From positions 7,037 to 71,036 of the forward strand of contig JAFLUB010000005.1 of the NCBI GenBank assembly GCA_022509025.1: DNA of 64,000 nt, written 5' to 3'. Within the stretch, counting starts at the first letter, position 1. The number at the start of each line of letters is the position of its first letter. The translations under genes and the position numbers were made by a program. Shown in pieces: positions 21,334 to 31,298 of this stretch. This DNA comes from Oscillospiraceae bacterium (lineage in GTDB: Bacteria; Bacillota; Clostridia; UBA1381). The notes beneath the pieces are model-generated. The model was given only the letters and a program-made list of their open reading frames with translations. It was not told where the DNA came from and did not search any database.

Positions 21334-22623
21334 TTATTTTACTGCTGCAAATGCGTTGTCAAGTGCTGCAAGTAAGTCATCAATATTCTCCGTACCGATT
21401 GAAAGTCTGATTGTATTTGGCTTTATCCCCTGCTCCCTTAGCTCCTCATCATTGCACTGTGAATGAGTTGTTGTTGCCGGGTGAATTACAAGCGACTTCG
21501 AGTCGGCAACATTCGCAAGAAGCGAGAATATTTCAAGGTTGTCAATAAACTTATGCGCTTCTTCAATTCCACCCTTAATCTCAAATGTGAATATGCTTCC
21601 GCCGCCATTCGGGAGATACTTTTTATATAACTCATGACTCGGCTCTGACGGCAAAGACGGATGATGCACCGCTTCAACCTGCGGATGGTTATTAAGATAC
21701 TCAACAATCTTCAAAGCGTTTGAAACATGACGCTCAACACGCAGCGAAAGAGTTTCAAGTCCCTGCAGGAAGATGAACGCATGGAACGGTGAAAGTGTTG
21801 CGCCCGTATCACGCAGAAGAATTGCACGAATATATGTTACAAAGGCAGCAGGGCCTACAGCCGCTGTGAAGCTTACGCCGTGATATGACGGGTTCGGCTT
21901 AACGAACTGCGGGAACTTACCGGAGGTTTCCCAGTCAAACTTACCGCTGTCTATAATCACGCCTCCGATTGCCGTACCGTGACCGCCGATGAACTTTGTC
22001 GCGCTGTGAACAACAATATCCGCGCCGTATTCAATCGGTCTTACAAGATACGGAGTAGCAAATGTTGAGTCAACTACCAGCGGAATATTATGCTTATGCG
22101 CAACAGCTGCAATTTTCTCGATATCAATCAGATTTGAATGAGGATTGCCGAGAGTTTCGATGAATATCGCCTTTGTGTTTTCCTGAATTGCTGCCTCGAA
22201 TGAGCCTTCAACCTCAGGGTCAACAAATGTTGTGCTTATTCCGTATGCCGGAAGCGTATGCTCAAACAGGTTATATGTGCCGCCGTAGATTGTCTTTGAA
22301 GCAACAATATGGTCTCCGGCAAATGCAAGCGCTTGAATTGCGTATGTAATCGCAGCCGCGCCTGATGCCGTTGCCAGCGCTGCCACACCGCCTTCAAGAG
22401 CGGCTATTCTCTGCTCGAATATATCCTGTGTCGGATTTGTTAATCTACCGTAGATATTACCGGCATCACGCAGCCCGAAACGATCAGCCGCGTGTTGTGA
22501 ATTGTGGAACACGAACGATGTTGACGCGTAAATCGGAACAGCTCTTGCATCTGTAACCGCGTCCGCCTGCTCCTGTCCTATATGTAATTGTTTTGTTTCA
22601 AATTTCCATTCTTTGTTTGCCAT
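21334..22623 (-). CDS. metY: O-acetylhomoserine/O-acetylserine sulfhydrylase
   Basis: GNIYGRLTNPT, HSATKFIGGHG, QGLETLSLRVERH, HPATTTHSQ. Confidence 0.92.
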   Translation of the reverse strand: MANKEWKFETKQLHIGQEQADAVTDARAVPIYASTSFVFHNSQHAADRFGLRDAGNIYGRLTNPTQDIFEQRIAALEGGVAALATASGAAAITYAIQALAFAGDHIVASKTIYGGTYNLFEHTLPAYGISTTFVDPEVEGSFEAAIQENTKAIFIETLGNPHSNLIDIEKIAAVAHKHNIPLVVDSTFATPYLVRPIEYGADIVVHSATKFIGGHGTAIGGVIIDSGKFDWETSGKFPQFVKPNPSYHGVSFTAAVGPAAFVTYIRAILLRDTGATLSPFHAFIFLQGLETLSLRVERHVSNALKIVEYLNNHPQVEAVHHPSLPSEPSHELYKKYLPNGGGSIFTFEIKGGIEEAHKFIDNLEIFSLLANVADSKSLVIHPATTTHSQCNDEELREQGIKPNTIRLSIGTENIDDLLAALDNAFAAVK

Positions 22624-22682
22624 TTTTCATTACCTCTTTCTGTTTATTATATTTAATATGGATTGCTTTTCTGTTTTATGCC

Positions 22683-22736
22683 TTAACAGCTACACATTCG
22701 TCCGCTGTATATATTACTTGAAATTATAGCTTTCAC
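22683..22736 (-). CDS. Putative 17-aa Cys/Met leader peptide MKAIISSNIYSGRMCSC
   Basis: GTG start preceded by GAAGGGA, TAA at 22685-22683; lies between promoter (TTGACA 22814-22809, TGnTATACT 22792-22787) and metY. Confidence 0.55.
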   Translation of the reverse strand: MKAIISSNIYSGRMCSC

Positions 22737-22872
22737 GCTATCCCTTCTTTCATTTCTTAATTTCCCATAGGATTACTATGATTTATAGTATACCACATTT
22801 TTCTTATTTGTCAATACCTTTTTTATAATTTTTTTATTTAAATCAAAAACTCCCGAAACCAAGCTCCAATAC

Positions 22873-23616
22873 TTAGTCTCGGGAGTTTCTCACTTTCTTC
22901 ATGTTTTCTATAATTATATTTCTTGCGTAAATTGCCTGTTCCTTCGTTGCGTCAGGAGTATCTTTAAGCGGATACTCTATACCCAGCTCTTCATACTTTT
23001 TCTTTCCCATTGAATGATACGGAAGCACGTCAAGCGCTTTTATATTCCTGTATTTGCCGATATAAGCGCCTAAGCGCGCTAATTGGTTATCGTCAAGAGT
23101 AATACCCGGCACTATAACGTGGCGTATCCATACGGGTTTATTATTTTCCGAAAGATAATCAAGATAGCTGAGCACATTTTTATTTGACATAGCTGTGAGC
23201 TTTTCATGCTCTTCATCATCAATATGCTTTATATCAAGCATGACGAGGTCGCATACCTCATGAAGCTTGTCAAAATTATCCTTTTTATCGCGCGAGAAAA
23301 GTATTCCTGACGTATCAAGGCAGGTGTGTATCCCCTTTTCTTTAGCCTTAGTAAAAAGCTCTAAAAGGAAATCAAACTGCATAAGCGGCTCTCCGCCTGT
23401 CGCGGTTATACCTCCGCTCTTATAAAAGCTTATTCCCTTTTCATATTCCGTCAAGATTTCCTCCGCGCTCATTTCTGCGCCGCCCTGCATTTTCCATGTG
23501 TCGGGATTATGGCAGTAAAGACAGCGCATGGGACAGCCCTGAAAAAAGACAACAAGCCTTATACCCGGTCCGTCTACAGTGCCGAAGGATTCAATAGAAT
23601 GTACACGTCCTGTCAT
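22873..23616 (-). CDS. pflA: Pyruvate formate-lyase activating enzyme
   Basis: [38 protein letters not shown]. Confidence 0.97.
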   Translation of the reverse strand: MTGRVHSIESFGTVDGPGIRLVVFFQGCPMRCLYCHNPDTWKMQGGAEMSAEEILTEYEKGISFYKSGGITATGGEPLMQFDFLLELFTKAKEKGIHTCLDTSGILFSRDKKDNFDKLHEVCDLVMLDIKHIDDEEHEKLTAMSNKNVLSYLDYLSENNKPVWIRHVIVPGITLDDNQLARLGAYIGKYRNIKALDVLPYHSMGKKKYEELGIEYPLKDTPDATKEQAIYARNIIIENMKKVRNSRD

Positions 23617-23849
23617 ATACTGTCGTGGAATGTTCTGCTTATAACGTCGTCCTGCTGTTCCTTTGTAAGCTTGATGAAGTTTACAGCATATCCAGAAACC
23701 CTTACCGTAAGCTGAGGATATTTCTCAGGATGCTTCTGCGCGTCAAGCAGCGTTTCTCTTGTGAATACGTTTACATTAAGATGATGACCGCCTTTTTCTA
23801 CATAGCCGTCTAAAAGATTTACTAAATTTTCAGCCTGTTGTGATGCCAT
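23613..23849 (-). CDS. Stand-alone glycyl-radical domain (GrcA-like; equivalent to the PFL C-terminus)
   Basis: NLVNLLDGY...GGHHLNVNV...[30 protein letters not shown]; own AGGAGG RBS; stop overlaps the pflA start. Confidence 0.93.
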   Translation of the reverse strand: MASQQAENLVNLLDGYVEKGGHHLNVNVFTRETLLDAQKHPEKYPQLTVRVSGYAVNFIKLTKEQQDDVISRTFHDSI

Positions 23850-23871
23850 TTTTCTATACCTCCTGATTACA

Positions 23872-25935
23872 TTAGTCTATATTACCCTCACAGCAGCCTT
23901 CGTCAAGGTCAATTTCCAAATCACCCATGAATACCTGATCATCCTTGCCGAGAGCGCCGGGAATAATTGAGAATGTGTTTGAAATACCATCCTGCGCATC
24001 CTTAAACGGCAGCTTCGCCACCGATGAAAGAGATGCGACAGCACCGTGAGTGTCGCGTCCATGCATCGGATTCGCGCCCGGTGCAAGCGGAACTCCTGCC
24101 TTTCTTCCGTCCGGCGTGTTACCGGTCTTTTTACCGTATACCACGTTAGATGTGATTGTGAGTATCGACATTGTCGGAACACTATTGCGATAAGTGTGAT
24201 GCTTTCTTATCTTGCTCATAAAGCTCTCCACTATAGTCGCGGCAATAGAATCAACTCTGTCATCATTGTTTCCGTATTTCGGGAAATCTCCCTCAACCTC
24301 ATAGTCAACAACAACTCCGTTTTCGTCTCTTATACACTTTACCTTTGCATACTTAATCGCGCTTAATGAATCGGCAACAACCGAAAGTCCGGCGATACCG
24401 GTTGCAAAATACCTCTTCACTTCTCTGTCGTGCAAAGCCATCTGAATTTTCTCATAGCAATATTTATCATGCATATAATGAATGACATTAAGCGTGTTAA
24501 CATACAGTCCCGCAAGCCATTCCATCATATCCTCATACTTCTGCATAACGTCCTCATAGTCAAGATAATCACCCTCAACTGCTCTGTACTTAGGACCTAC
24601 CTGCACACCCATCCTTTCGTCCACGCCGCCGTTAATAGCATAAAGCAGACACTTTGCAAGGTTTGCTCTCGCGCCGAAGAACTGCATTTCCTTACCCAAG
24701 CGCATTGAAGATACGCAGCAGGCTATAGCATAATCGTCTCCGTGAGTTACGCGCATAAGGTCATCGTTCTCATACTGAATTGACGAGGTTTTTATCGACA
24801 TTTCAGCGCAGTACAGCTTAAATTCGCGCGGAAGCCTTGTAGACCACAGCACAGTCAGATTCGGTTCCGGCGCAGTGCCTAAGTTTTCAAGCGTATGCAG
24901 ATACCTGAACGAATTTTTTGTTACAAGCGGTCTGCCGTCTATGCCGATACCACCGATTGACTCCGTCACCCATGTCGGATCTCCTGAAAACAATTCATTA
25001 TAATCGGGCGTTCTTGCAAACTTTACAAGACGCAGCTTCATAATGAAATGGTCGATATATTCCTGAGCCTCCTGCTCGGTTATAACGCCGTTTTTCAGGT
25101 CGCGTTCAATATAGATATCAAGGAATGTTGATGTTCTGCCGAGACTCATCGCCGCGCCGTTCTGCTCCTTGACAGCCGCCAGATAGCCGAAATACAGCCA
25201 CTGAACAGCCTCCTTAGCATTTTTTGCAGGCTTCGAAATATCACAGCCATAAATATTACCAAGCTCCTTGAGATCCTCAAGTGCTCTTAGCTGCTCAGCC
25301 AATTCCTCGCGGAGTCTTATATTTTCATATGTCATTCTGACAAGCGATGTGGCAAGCTGATGCTGTTTGTCCTCAATCAGATAGTCCACTCCGTACAATG
25401 CGACACGTCTGTAGTCTCCGATAATTCTTCCGCGACCATACGCATCCGGAAGTCCTGTTATAATCGCCGACTTTCTTGCAAGACGCATTTCAGGCGTGTA
25501 CACGTCAAAAACCCCCTGATTATGGGTTTTTCTATACTTAGTGAATATATTAACAACCTCGCTGTCAACCTCATAGCCGTTCTCTCTGCACGCATTCTGT
25601 GCCATTCTTATTCCGCCGAACGGCTGTAAGGAACGCTTAAAAGGCTTGTCTGTCTGGAAACCGACAATCTGCTCTAAATCCTTATCAAGATACCCTGCTC
25701 CATGCGATGTAATTGTTGAAACAGTCTTTGTATCCATATCAAGCACTCCGCCCGCTTCGCGCTCCTTCTTTGAAAGCTCCATTACCATATCCCAAAGCTT
25801 CTTTGTCGCATCCGTCGCAGGTGCGAGAAAATCGCCGTTTCCTTCGTACGGCGTATAGTTCTTCTGAATAAAGTCACGGACATCAACAGTTTTTGACCAT
25901 TTCCCCTCATTAAATCCTGTCCATTCTTCTCTCAT
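23872..25935 (-). CDS. pflB: Formate C-acetyltransferase core lacking the glycyl-radical domain
   Basis: [41 protein letters not shown] (catalytic Cys-Cys), [10 protein letters not shown]; no RVSGY motif. Confidence 0.95.
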   Translation of the reverse strand: MREEWTGFNEGKWSKTVDVRDFIQKNYTPYEGNGDFLAPATDATKKLWDMVMELSKKEREAGGVLDMDTKTVSTITSHGAGYLDKDLEQIVGFQTDKPFKRSLQPFGGIRMAQNACRENGYEVDSEVVNIFTKYRKTHNQGVFDVYTPEMRLARKSAIITGLPDAYGRGRIIGDYRRVALYGVDYLIEDKQHQLATSLVRMTYENIRLREELAEQLRALEDLKELGNIYGCDISKPAKNAKEAVQWLYFGYLAAVKEQNGAAMSLGRTSTFLDIYIERDLKNGVITEQEAQEYIDHFIMKLRLVKFARTPDYNELFSGDPTWVTESIGGIGIDGRPLVTKNSFRYLHTLENLGTAPEPNLTVLWSTRLPREFKLYCAEMSIKTSSIQYENDDLMRVTHGDDYAIACCVSSMRLGKEMQFFGARANLAKCLLYAINGGVDERMGVQVGPKYRAVEGDYLDYEDVMQKYEDMMEWLAGLYVNTLNVIHYMHDKYCYEKIQMALHDREVKRYFATGIAGLSVVADSLSAIKYAKVKCIRDENGVVVDYEVEGDFPKYGNNDDRVDSIAATIVESFMSKIRKHHTYRNSVPTMSILTITSNVVYGKKTGNTPDGRKAGVPLAPGANPMHGRDTHGAVASLSSVAKLPFKDAQDGISNTFSIIPGALGKDDQVFMGDLEIDLDEGCCEGNID

Positions 25936-26026
25936 AGTATCGCCTCCCGTTTATCATAACGTTTGTCTTTAAGTCAACTACTGATTACTGTTTTTAGCAC
26001 TAACTAACGTACATACCATTTTTTAG

Positions 26027-26080
26027 GTTAGACATCGCTAACTGTAACTATATCTTAACACTGTTACAAAAAAATGTCAA
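26027..26080 (-). promoter_or_regulatory. pfl promoter (TTGACA-17-TAAGAT) with downstream palindrome GTTAG-N6-CTAAC
   Basis: -35 at 26080-26075, -10 at 26057-26052, palindrome gttagacatcgctaac at 26027-26042. Confidence 0.6.
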
Positions 26081-26466
26081 TAGAATTAAAGAAATTATAC
26101 ATTATCTTTTTAACCAAAAAAGGACGCTTTTATACGTCCTTTAAAGTATTGTCAAATTGGTATCAGGTGAGGATACCACGCGAAGCATTTCTGAAATTTA
26201 CCGCAAAAATATCATATTGTCACAAAGTAATATAGACTTTATCAAAATGGGGCACGACATTTTTTGCCGTGCTCCATTTTGTAATCTTTATAGATTAAAT
26301 TCCGTAATAAACCGATTCCTGTTAGTCATAAATTTTAAGCCCATAATAATCAAATTTTAAGGCATTTTTATGTCGGATTTCTGTACATCAGACTTACAAT
26401 TTGCATAAGAAAAAGCAGTGTAAAGTACCTTGCTATACTTTACACCGCTTTAATAGTGTTACCTTA

Positions 26467-26829
26467 TTATGCTGTCATTTTATTTATCTTTTCATTCACC
26501 ATCTGGGCGATTAATAATGCCTGCTCCGCCTTCAGTCTTACAGAATCGATATCCAATCTGTCAAAACGTTCAGCATTTAACTGTATGCCCTCTCCCATTG
26601 CCTGAATACATTTATCAATAATGTTTTCAGTGACAACGGTATTATGTTCGACTGTTTGTTCTAAGCTGTTTACTTTTTGCCTCATTTCCTGTATGAAGTC
26701 GTTTACTTCCTGTTTGAAGTCATTTAATTCTTGTTTAAAGTTATTTGATTCTTGTTTAAAGTTATTTAATTCTTGTTTAAAATTGATTACCTCTTGTAAA
26801 AGTAAATCAATTTTTTCATCGGAAGTCAT
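26467..26829 (-). CDS. Hypothetical coiled-coil protein with heptad repeats
   Basis: NFKQELN NFKQESN NFKQELN DFKQEVN DFIQEMR encoded by 21-bp tandem repeats; RBS AAAGGCGGTG; downstream hairpin at about 26412-26451. Confidence 0.75.
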   Translation of the reverse strand: MTSDEKIDLLLQEVINFKQELNNFKQESNNFKQELNDFKQEVNDFIQEMRQKVNSLEQTVEHNTVVTENIIDKCIQAMGEGIQLNAERFDRLDIDSVRLKAEQALLIAQMVNEKINKMTA

Positions 26830-26922
26830 ATTATCACCGCCTTTGTGATGGTAATTGTTTCATTATGGGTATTGTAACACATACCATTCAGAAAATCAAG
26901 TGTAACATTTCATTTCTAAGCA

Positions 26923-28608
26923 TTATTCATAATGAACGTGCAGCATCTCATGTGATTTACCCTGAACTATCTCGTCATAGATATAGTTCATAATCGGGTT
27001 TTTACCCGAGAATTTAATCTGAATACGCTCGTCCGTATGATAAAGACCTCTTGCTCTCTTATCTCTTTCGGGACTTATACCGAACGGCTGACCGGCACCG
27101 CCGATACAGCCCTCAGGACAAGCCATAACCTCAATCAGGTCATAATACATCTCGCCGCTCTGAGTAGCCTTTATAACCTTCTCGGCATTGGCAAGTCCAT
27201 GGACGACACATATCTTAAAGTCTCTGCCGCCCGCGTGAATTGTCGCTTCCTTGATTTCTTCCTTACCTCTTACGCCGATAAATCTGAAATCCTTTATTGA
27301 GCCGGAGCTCTTGTCGTCGCTGCATTCACGGATTACCGCCTCGGCAACGCCGCCCGTAACGCCGAATATAACGCCCGCGCCGCTGCCGCCCATATCGAAC
27401 GGAGCGTCAAGATACTCATGTTCAAGCTCGCTAAACTGTATTCCGGCTTCACGAATCATAGTTGAAAGCTCCTGTGTTGTGAGTGAAAGTTCTATAATTC
27501 TCTTTCCGTTTTCTGTGAACTCAGGACGTGAAACCTCATACTTTTTCGCTGTACACGGCATAATAGCAACCGATACAAGCTCACGTTCGTCGCCGCTGTC
27601 CTCGTGCCATTTCTTGATAACGCTTCCGAACATCTGCATCGGCGAACGGCAGCTTGAAATGTTATTATTTATAAGCTCGGGGTGTTTATTCTCAGCGTAC
27701 TTAATCCACGCCGGACAGCATGAGGTGTACATCGGGAACGTGCCGCCATTCTGAACGCGGTCCATAAATTCCTTTGCTTCTTCAACCACTGTCAGGTCAG
27801 CTGACAGCACGGTATCAAACACGCTGTCTACGCCCATCATCTTAAGAGCCTTAACGGTCTTACCAAGCACGTTTTCGCCATGCTCTATACCGAAATCATC
27901 ACCAAGGGCAACTCTGACCGCCGGAGCAATCTGAACAACGACTCTCTTAGTCGGATCGTCCAGATATTCCCACATTCTTTCGGTTTCATCCTTAACAGTT
28001 ATCGCGCCCGTCGGGCATACCGCCGCGCACTGACCGCAGTTTACGCAGTCCGTGTCGCAAAGGTCCACGCCAAACGCGGGCATAACCTCCAATTTTGAGC
28101 CTCTGTGCGCAAAATCAATTATACCGAGTCCCTGCTTCTCCTGACACACTCTTACACAGTCACCGCAAAGAATACACTTATTAGGATCTCTTACAATGCT
28201 CTTGCTGCTTGTGTCCTTTTTCTTCTCGTCTCTGTTATTATCAAATCTGATTTTCTTAACACCGAAACGGAGCGCAAGCTCCTGCAAACGGCATGAGCCG
28301 TTCTTTGAACATGTAGTACAATCTCTGCAGTGCGTTGCCAAAAGCAATTCCAGAATCATCTTTCTGTGCTTCTGCAGCGCAGGAGTATTGGTCTTTATTT
28401 TCATTCCGTCACGCGGAACAGTTGAGCATGCTGCTTCAACTCCGCCCCACTCATTTTCTATAACGCACATCCTGCAAGCGCCGTATGTGGAAAGCTCAGA
28501 GTAGTAACAGAACGTCGGCATTTCTATTCCCGCTTTGCGTATAACCTCAAGGATATTCTTTTCATCCTCAAATTCAGTCTTCATTCCGTCAATATACATA
28601 TATCCCAT
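26923..28608 (-). CDS. hydA: [FeFe]-hydrogenase catalytic subunit (group A, electron-bifurcating type)
   Basis: H-cluster motifs TSCCPAW, MPCTAKKYE, EVMACPEGCIGGAGQP; N-terminal 2Fe-2S, His-ligated and 2x4Fe-4S motifs. Confidence 0.95.
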   Translation of the reverse strand: MGYMYIDGMKTEFEDEKNILEVIRKAGIEMPTFCYYSELSTYGACRMCVIENEWGGVEAACSTVPRDGMKIKTNTPALQKHRKMILELLLATHCRDCTTCSKNGSCRLQELALRFGVKKIRFDNNRDEKKKDTSSKSIVRDPNKCILCGDCVRVCQEKQGLGIIDFAHRGSKLEVMPAFGVDLCDTDCVNCGQCAAVCPTGAITVKDETERMWEYLDDPTKRVVVQIAPAVRVALGDDFGIEHGENVLGKTVKALKMMGVDSVFDTVLSADLTVVEEAKEFMDRVQNGGTFPMYTSCCPAWIKYAENKHPELINNNISSCRSPMQMFGSVIKKWHEDSGDERELVSVAIMPCTAKKYEVSRPEFTENGKRIIELSLTTQELSTMIREAGIQFSELEHEYLDAPFDMGGSGAGVIFGVTGGVAEAVIRECSDDKSSGSIKDFRFIGVRGKEEIKEATIHAGGRDFKICVVHGLANAEKVIKATQSGEMYYDLIEVMACPEGCIGGAGQPFGISPERDKRARGLYHTDERIQIKFSGKNPIMNYIYDEIVQGKSHEMLHVHYE

Positions 28609-28611
28609 CGC

Positions 28612-30492
28612 TTATACCTCCTCTACTGCGCCGAACGGACAAGTATCCTTGCACGCTCCGCACTTTATACATTTTGCCGTGTCTATACTGAACGGATTCT
28701 TTATCTCGCCGCTTATCGCGCTTACAGGACACTGACGCGCGCACTTTGAGCAACCCTTACACTTATCAGGATTAATATTAAACACCTTAAGCGCCTGACA
28801 TTCTCCTGCCGGACATTTCTTATCCACAACGTGCGCGATATATTCGTCTCTGAAATATTTCAGCGTTGAAAGCACAGGGTTTGCAGCCGTCTTTCCGAGA
28901 CCGCAAAGAGCAGTCTTTGAAACCGTATTCGCAAGCTCTTCAAGCAAATCAATATCTTCAAGCGTACCTGTTCCGCCGACAATTCTCTCAAGAATTTCAA
29001 GCATACGTCTAGTACCCTCGCGGCACGGAACGCACTTTCCGCACGACTCGTTCTGCGTGAAGTTCATAAAGAATCTCGCAACCTCGACCATACATGTATG
29101 CTCATCCATTACAACAAGTCCGCCGCTGCCTATCATCGCTCCGACCTTCTTTAATGAATCGAAGTCAAGCGGCAAATCCATCTGACCTTCTCCAAGCGTC
29201 AGACATCCGCCTGACGGACCGCCTATCTGAACAGCCTTAAACTTCTGGTCGTTCTTTATACCGCCGCCTATATCAAACACAACCTCTTTTAGCGTTGTTC
29301 CCATAGGCACTTCTATAAGACCGGTATTCTTTACATTACCGGTGATAGCAAACGCCTTTGTTCCGGGGCTTGTTTCAGTACCGATTGAGCGGTACCAGTC
29401 CACTCCCTTCGTTATAATAAGCGGCACGTTCGCATATGTTTCAACGTTATTGAGTACAGTCGGTTTCCCGAAAAGTCCTGCCTCAACCGTACGCGGCGGC
29501 TTAACTCTCGGCATACCTCTTTCACCTTCAATTGAAGCCGTAAGCGCGCTGCCCTCGCCGCAAACGAACGCGCCCGCGCCCTGATTGATATGTATGTCAA
29601 ACGAGAAGTCCGTTCCGAGTATGTTTTTACCTAATAATCCCAACGCGCGCGCAGAGTCTATGGCACGCTTTAAACGTTCAACCGCCAAAGGATACTCCGC
29701 TCTCACATATATATAACCCTCATGCGCCTTTGTGGCAATACCCGCAATAATCATACCTTCAAGCATACGGTGAGGATTACCCTCCATTATACTTCTGTCC
29801 ATGAACGCGCCGGGGTCGCCCTCGTCACCGTTGCAGACAACGTAACGCACGGTCTCCTTCTGGTTGAGCACCTGAATCCATTTTCTTCCTGCCGGATATC
29901 CGCCGCCGCCTCGTCCACGAAGTCCGCTATCCTCGATTTCCTTACAAATCTGCTCGCTTTCCATCTCGAACAGCGCCTTTTCCACAGCCTTATATCCGCC
30001 GAAGGCGATATATTCATCTACCGAGTCCGCGTCAATCTGACCGCACTCGTCAAGAACAATTCTCGTCTGGTTCTTATAAAACGGTATATCAAACTGCTTC
30101 TCATACATACCCGTTTCATCGTGATAGAAAAGTCTTTCAACCTTTTCTTTATTCCTTAGTGTTTTCTCAGCGATTTCCTCACAGTCCTCAAGCTTAACCT
30201 GCAAATACAGCCAGCCCATAGGCTCTATCTTAACAAGCGGTCCAAGCTCACAGAAGCCGTGGCAGCCGCTTTTCTTAATGCCTATTCCCTTATGCTCAAC
30301 CTCTTTTTCGAGTGATACCTGAACATTAAGTCCTTTTTCCTTGCAAAGCTCAATCAGACGGTTATATATATCTATACTTCCGCCCGCAACGCAACCTGTA
30401 CCCGCGCAGACAAGCACTCGTATATCCTGGTCTGAAAGCGCCTTTTCGCAGCTTTCGCGGTAAGCAAGAAGTTCTTCTCTATTCTTTATCAT
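28612..30492 (-). CDS. hydB: NuoF-like diaphorase subunit of the bifurcating hydrogenase
   Basis: SGLRGRGGGGYP, CNGDEGDPGAFMDR, GAGAFVCGE, ESCGKCVPCREG, C-terminal 2x4Fe-4S. Confidence 0.93.
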   Translation of the reverse strand: MIKNREELLAYRESCEKALSDQDIRVLVCAGTGCVAGGSIDIYNRLIELCKEKGLNVQVSLEKEVEHKGIGIKKSGCHGFCELGPLVKIEPMGWLYLQVKLEDCEEIAEKTLRNKEKVERLFYHDETGMYEKQFDIPFYKNQTRIVLDECGQIDADSVDEYIAFGGYKAVEKALFEMESEQICKEIEDSGLRGRGGGGYPAGRKWIQVLNQKETVRYVVCNGDEGDPGAFMDRSIMEGNPHRMLEGMIIAGIATKAHEGYIYVRAEYPLAVERLKRAIDSARALGLLGKNILGTDFSFDIHINQGAGAFVCGEGSALTASIEGERGMPRVKPPRTVEAGLFGKPTVLNNVETYANVPLIITKGVDWYRSIGTETSPGTKAFAITGNVKNTGLIEVPMGTTLKEVVFDIGGGIKNDQKFKAVQIGGPSGGCLTLGEGQMDLPLDFDSLKKVGAMIGSGGLVVMDEHTCMVEVARFFMNFTQNESCGKCVPCREGTRRMLEILERIVGGTGTLEDIDLLEELANTVSKTALCGLGKTAANPVLSTLKYFRDEYIAHVVDKKCPAGECQALKVFNINPDKCKGCSKCARQCPVSAISGEIKNPFSIDTAKCIKCGACKDTCPFGAVEEV

Positions 30493-30974
30493 AACTCAAT
30501 CTCCCCCTTTTTCACTGCGTCAATAAGCTCTACCGCCTTATCCGGCGTCATTGAGGGATACACCTTGTCGTTCAAGGTCATAACCGGCGCAAGACCGCAC
30601 GCACCTAAGCACGAAACAGTTTCAACCGTAAACATCATATCCTCCGTTGTAGGTTTTTCCGCGCTTACTCCCAGAGTGGCGCGTACCTTCTCAAGAATTG
30701 GTATGGATTTTCTTACATGACAGGCAGTTCCGTCACATATTTTTATTATGTAACTGCCTTTCGGGTCAAGCGAGAAATTCTCATAGAATGTCGCCACCGA
30801 ATAAATCTTCGCTAAACTGATATCCATTTTTTTCGCCAGATACTCAAGTATCTCCCTTGGTAGATAGTGGTGTTCGGCCTGTACAGACTGAAGTATCGTT
30901 ATCAGATTTTTCTGCTCGTTTCCGTGCGTCTCCAGAATCTTGTCAACCGCCCCAAAATCAAATTTCTGCTCCAT
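30489..30974 (-). CDS. hydC: NuoE-like 2Fe-2S subunit of the bifurcating hydrogenase
   Basis: VATFY, ICDGTACHV, VSCLGACGLAPV. Confidence 0.93.
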   Translation of the reverse strand: MEQKFDFGAVDKILETHGNEQKNLITILQSVQAEHHYLPREILEYLAKKMDISLAKIYSVATFYENFSLDPKGSYIIKICDGTACHVRKSIPILEKVRATLGVSAEKPTTEDMMFTVETVSCLGACGLAPVMTLNDKVYPSMTPDKAVELIDAVKKGEIEL

Positions 30975-31021
30975 TTTACACCTCCGTATTTATTAGTGCC
31001 GCCACTGCGGCATATATTTTT

Positions 31022-31061
31022 ATTATACATCAACAACACTATTTTGTCAAATTTTTAACAC
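31022..31061 (-). promoter_or_regulatory. hydCBA promoter (TTGACA-17-TATAAT) overlapped by a Rex-like operator
   Basis: -35 at 31050-31045, -10 at 31027-31022; ttgtcaaatttttaacac (31044-31061) versus the Rex consensus TTGTTAAnnnnTTAACAA. Confidence 0.6.
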
Positions 31062-31159
31062 AATTTCCGGAACATTATTTTTCGGAACCGGAACATAGAA
31101 AAAGCACATCAATTTGATGTGCTTATATTGACAATACTACGTGTTTATGTTAGAATGTA

Positions 31160-31245
31160 AGCAAGAGGATAACCAACGGTTATTCTGCAGTAGATTTTTA
31201 TTAAAATTTAATCGCCTACTTAGCGGAGTAGGCGGTTATTTTTTT
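31160..31245 (+). ncRNA. Putative antitoxin sRNA (~85 nt) of a type I TA module
   Basis: Promoter TTGACA(31128)-17-TGnTAGAAT(31151); no ORF; terminator aatcgcctact-tagcgg-agtaggcggtt followed by a T tract overlapping the stop of the convergent peptide gene. Confidence 0.7.
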
Positions 31246-31298
31246 ATGTAATAAATGATGAGTAATATCAAAAATAATATTAATATCAAATCTTCCAT
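31236..31298 (-). CDS. Putative type I toxin, 20-aa hydrophobic peptide MEDLILILFLILLIIYYIKK
   Basis: ATG 31298, TAA 31238-31236; SD-like GGGGGTG inside a hairpin; promoter TTGAAA(31387)-17-TGnTAGAAT(31364). Confidence 0.72.
   Translation of the reverse strand: MEDLILILFLILLIIYYIKK

Noticed and set aside
23613-25935. pflB as a pseudogene or sequencing frameshift
   Set aside because: Both parts keep all catalytic motifs, the small ORF has its own strong RBS, and extra tail residues are present. A read check is still advisable.
26690-26795. 21-bp repeats (also the 36-bp repeats at 60826-60975 and the PT repeats at 41460-41600) as a CRISPR array
   Set aside because: Contiguous in-frame coding repeats without unique spacers; no cas genes.
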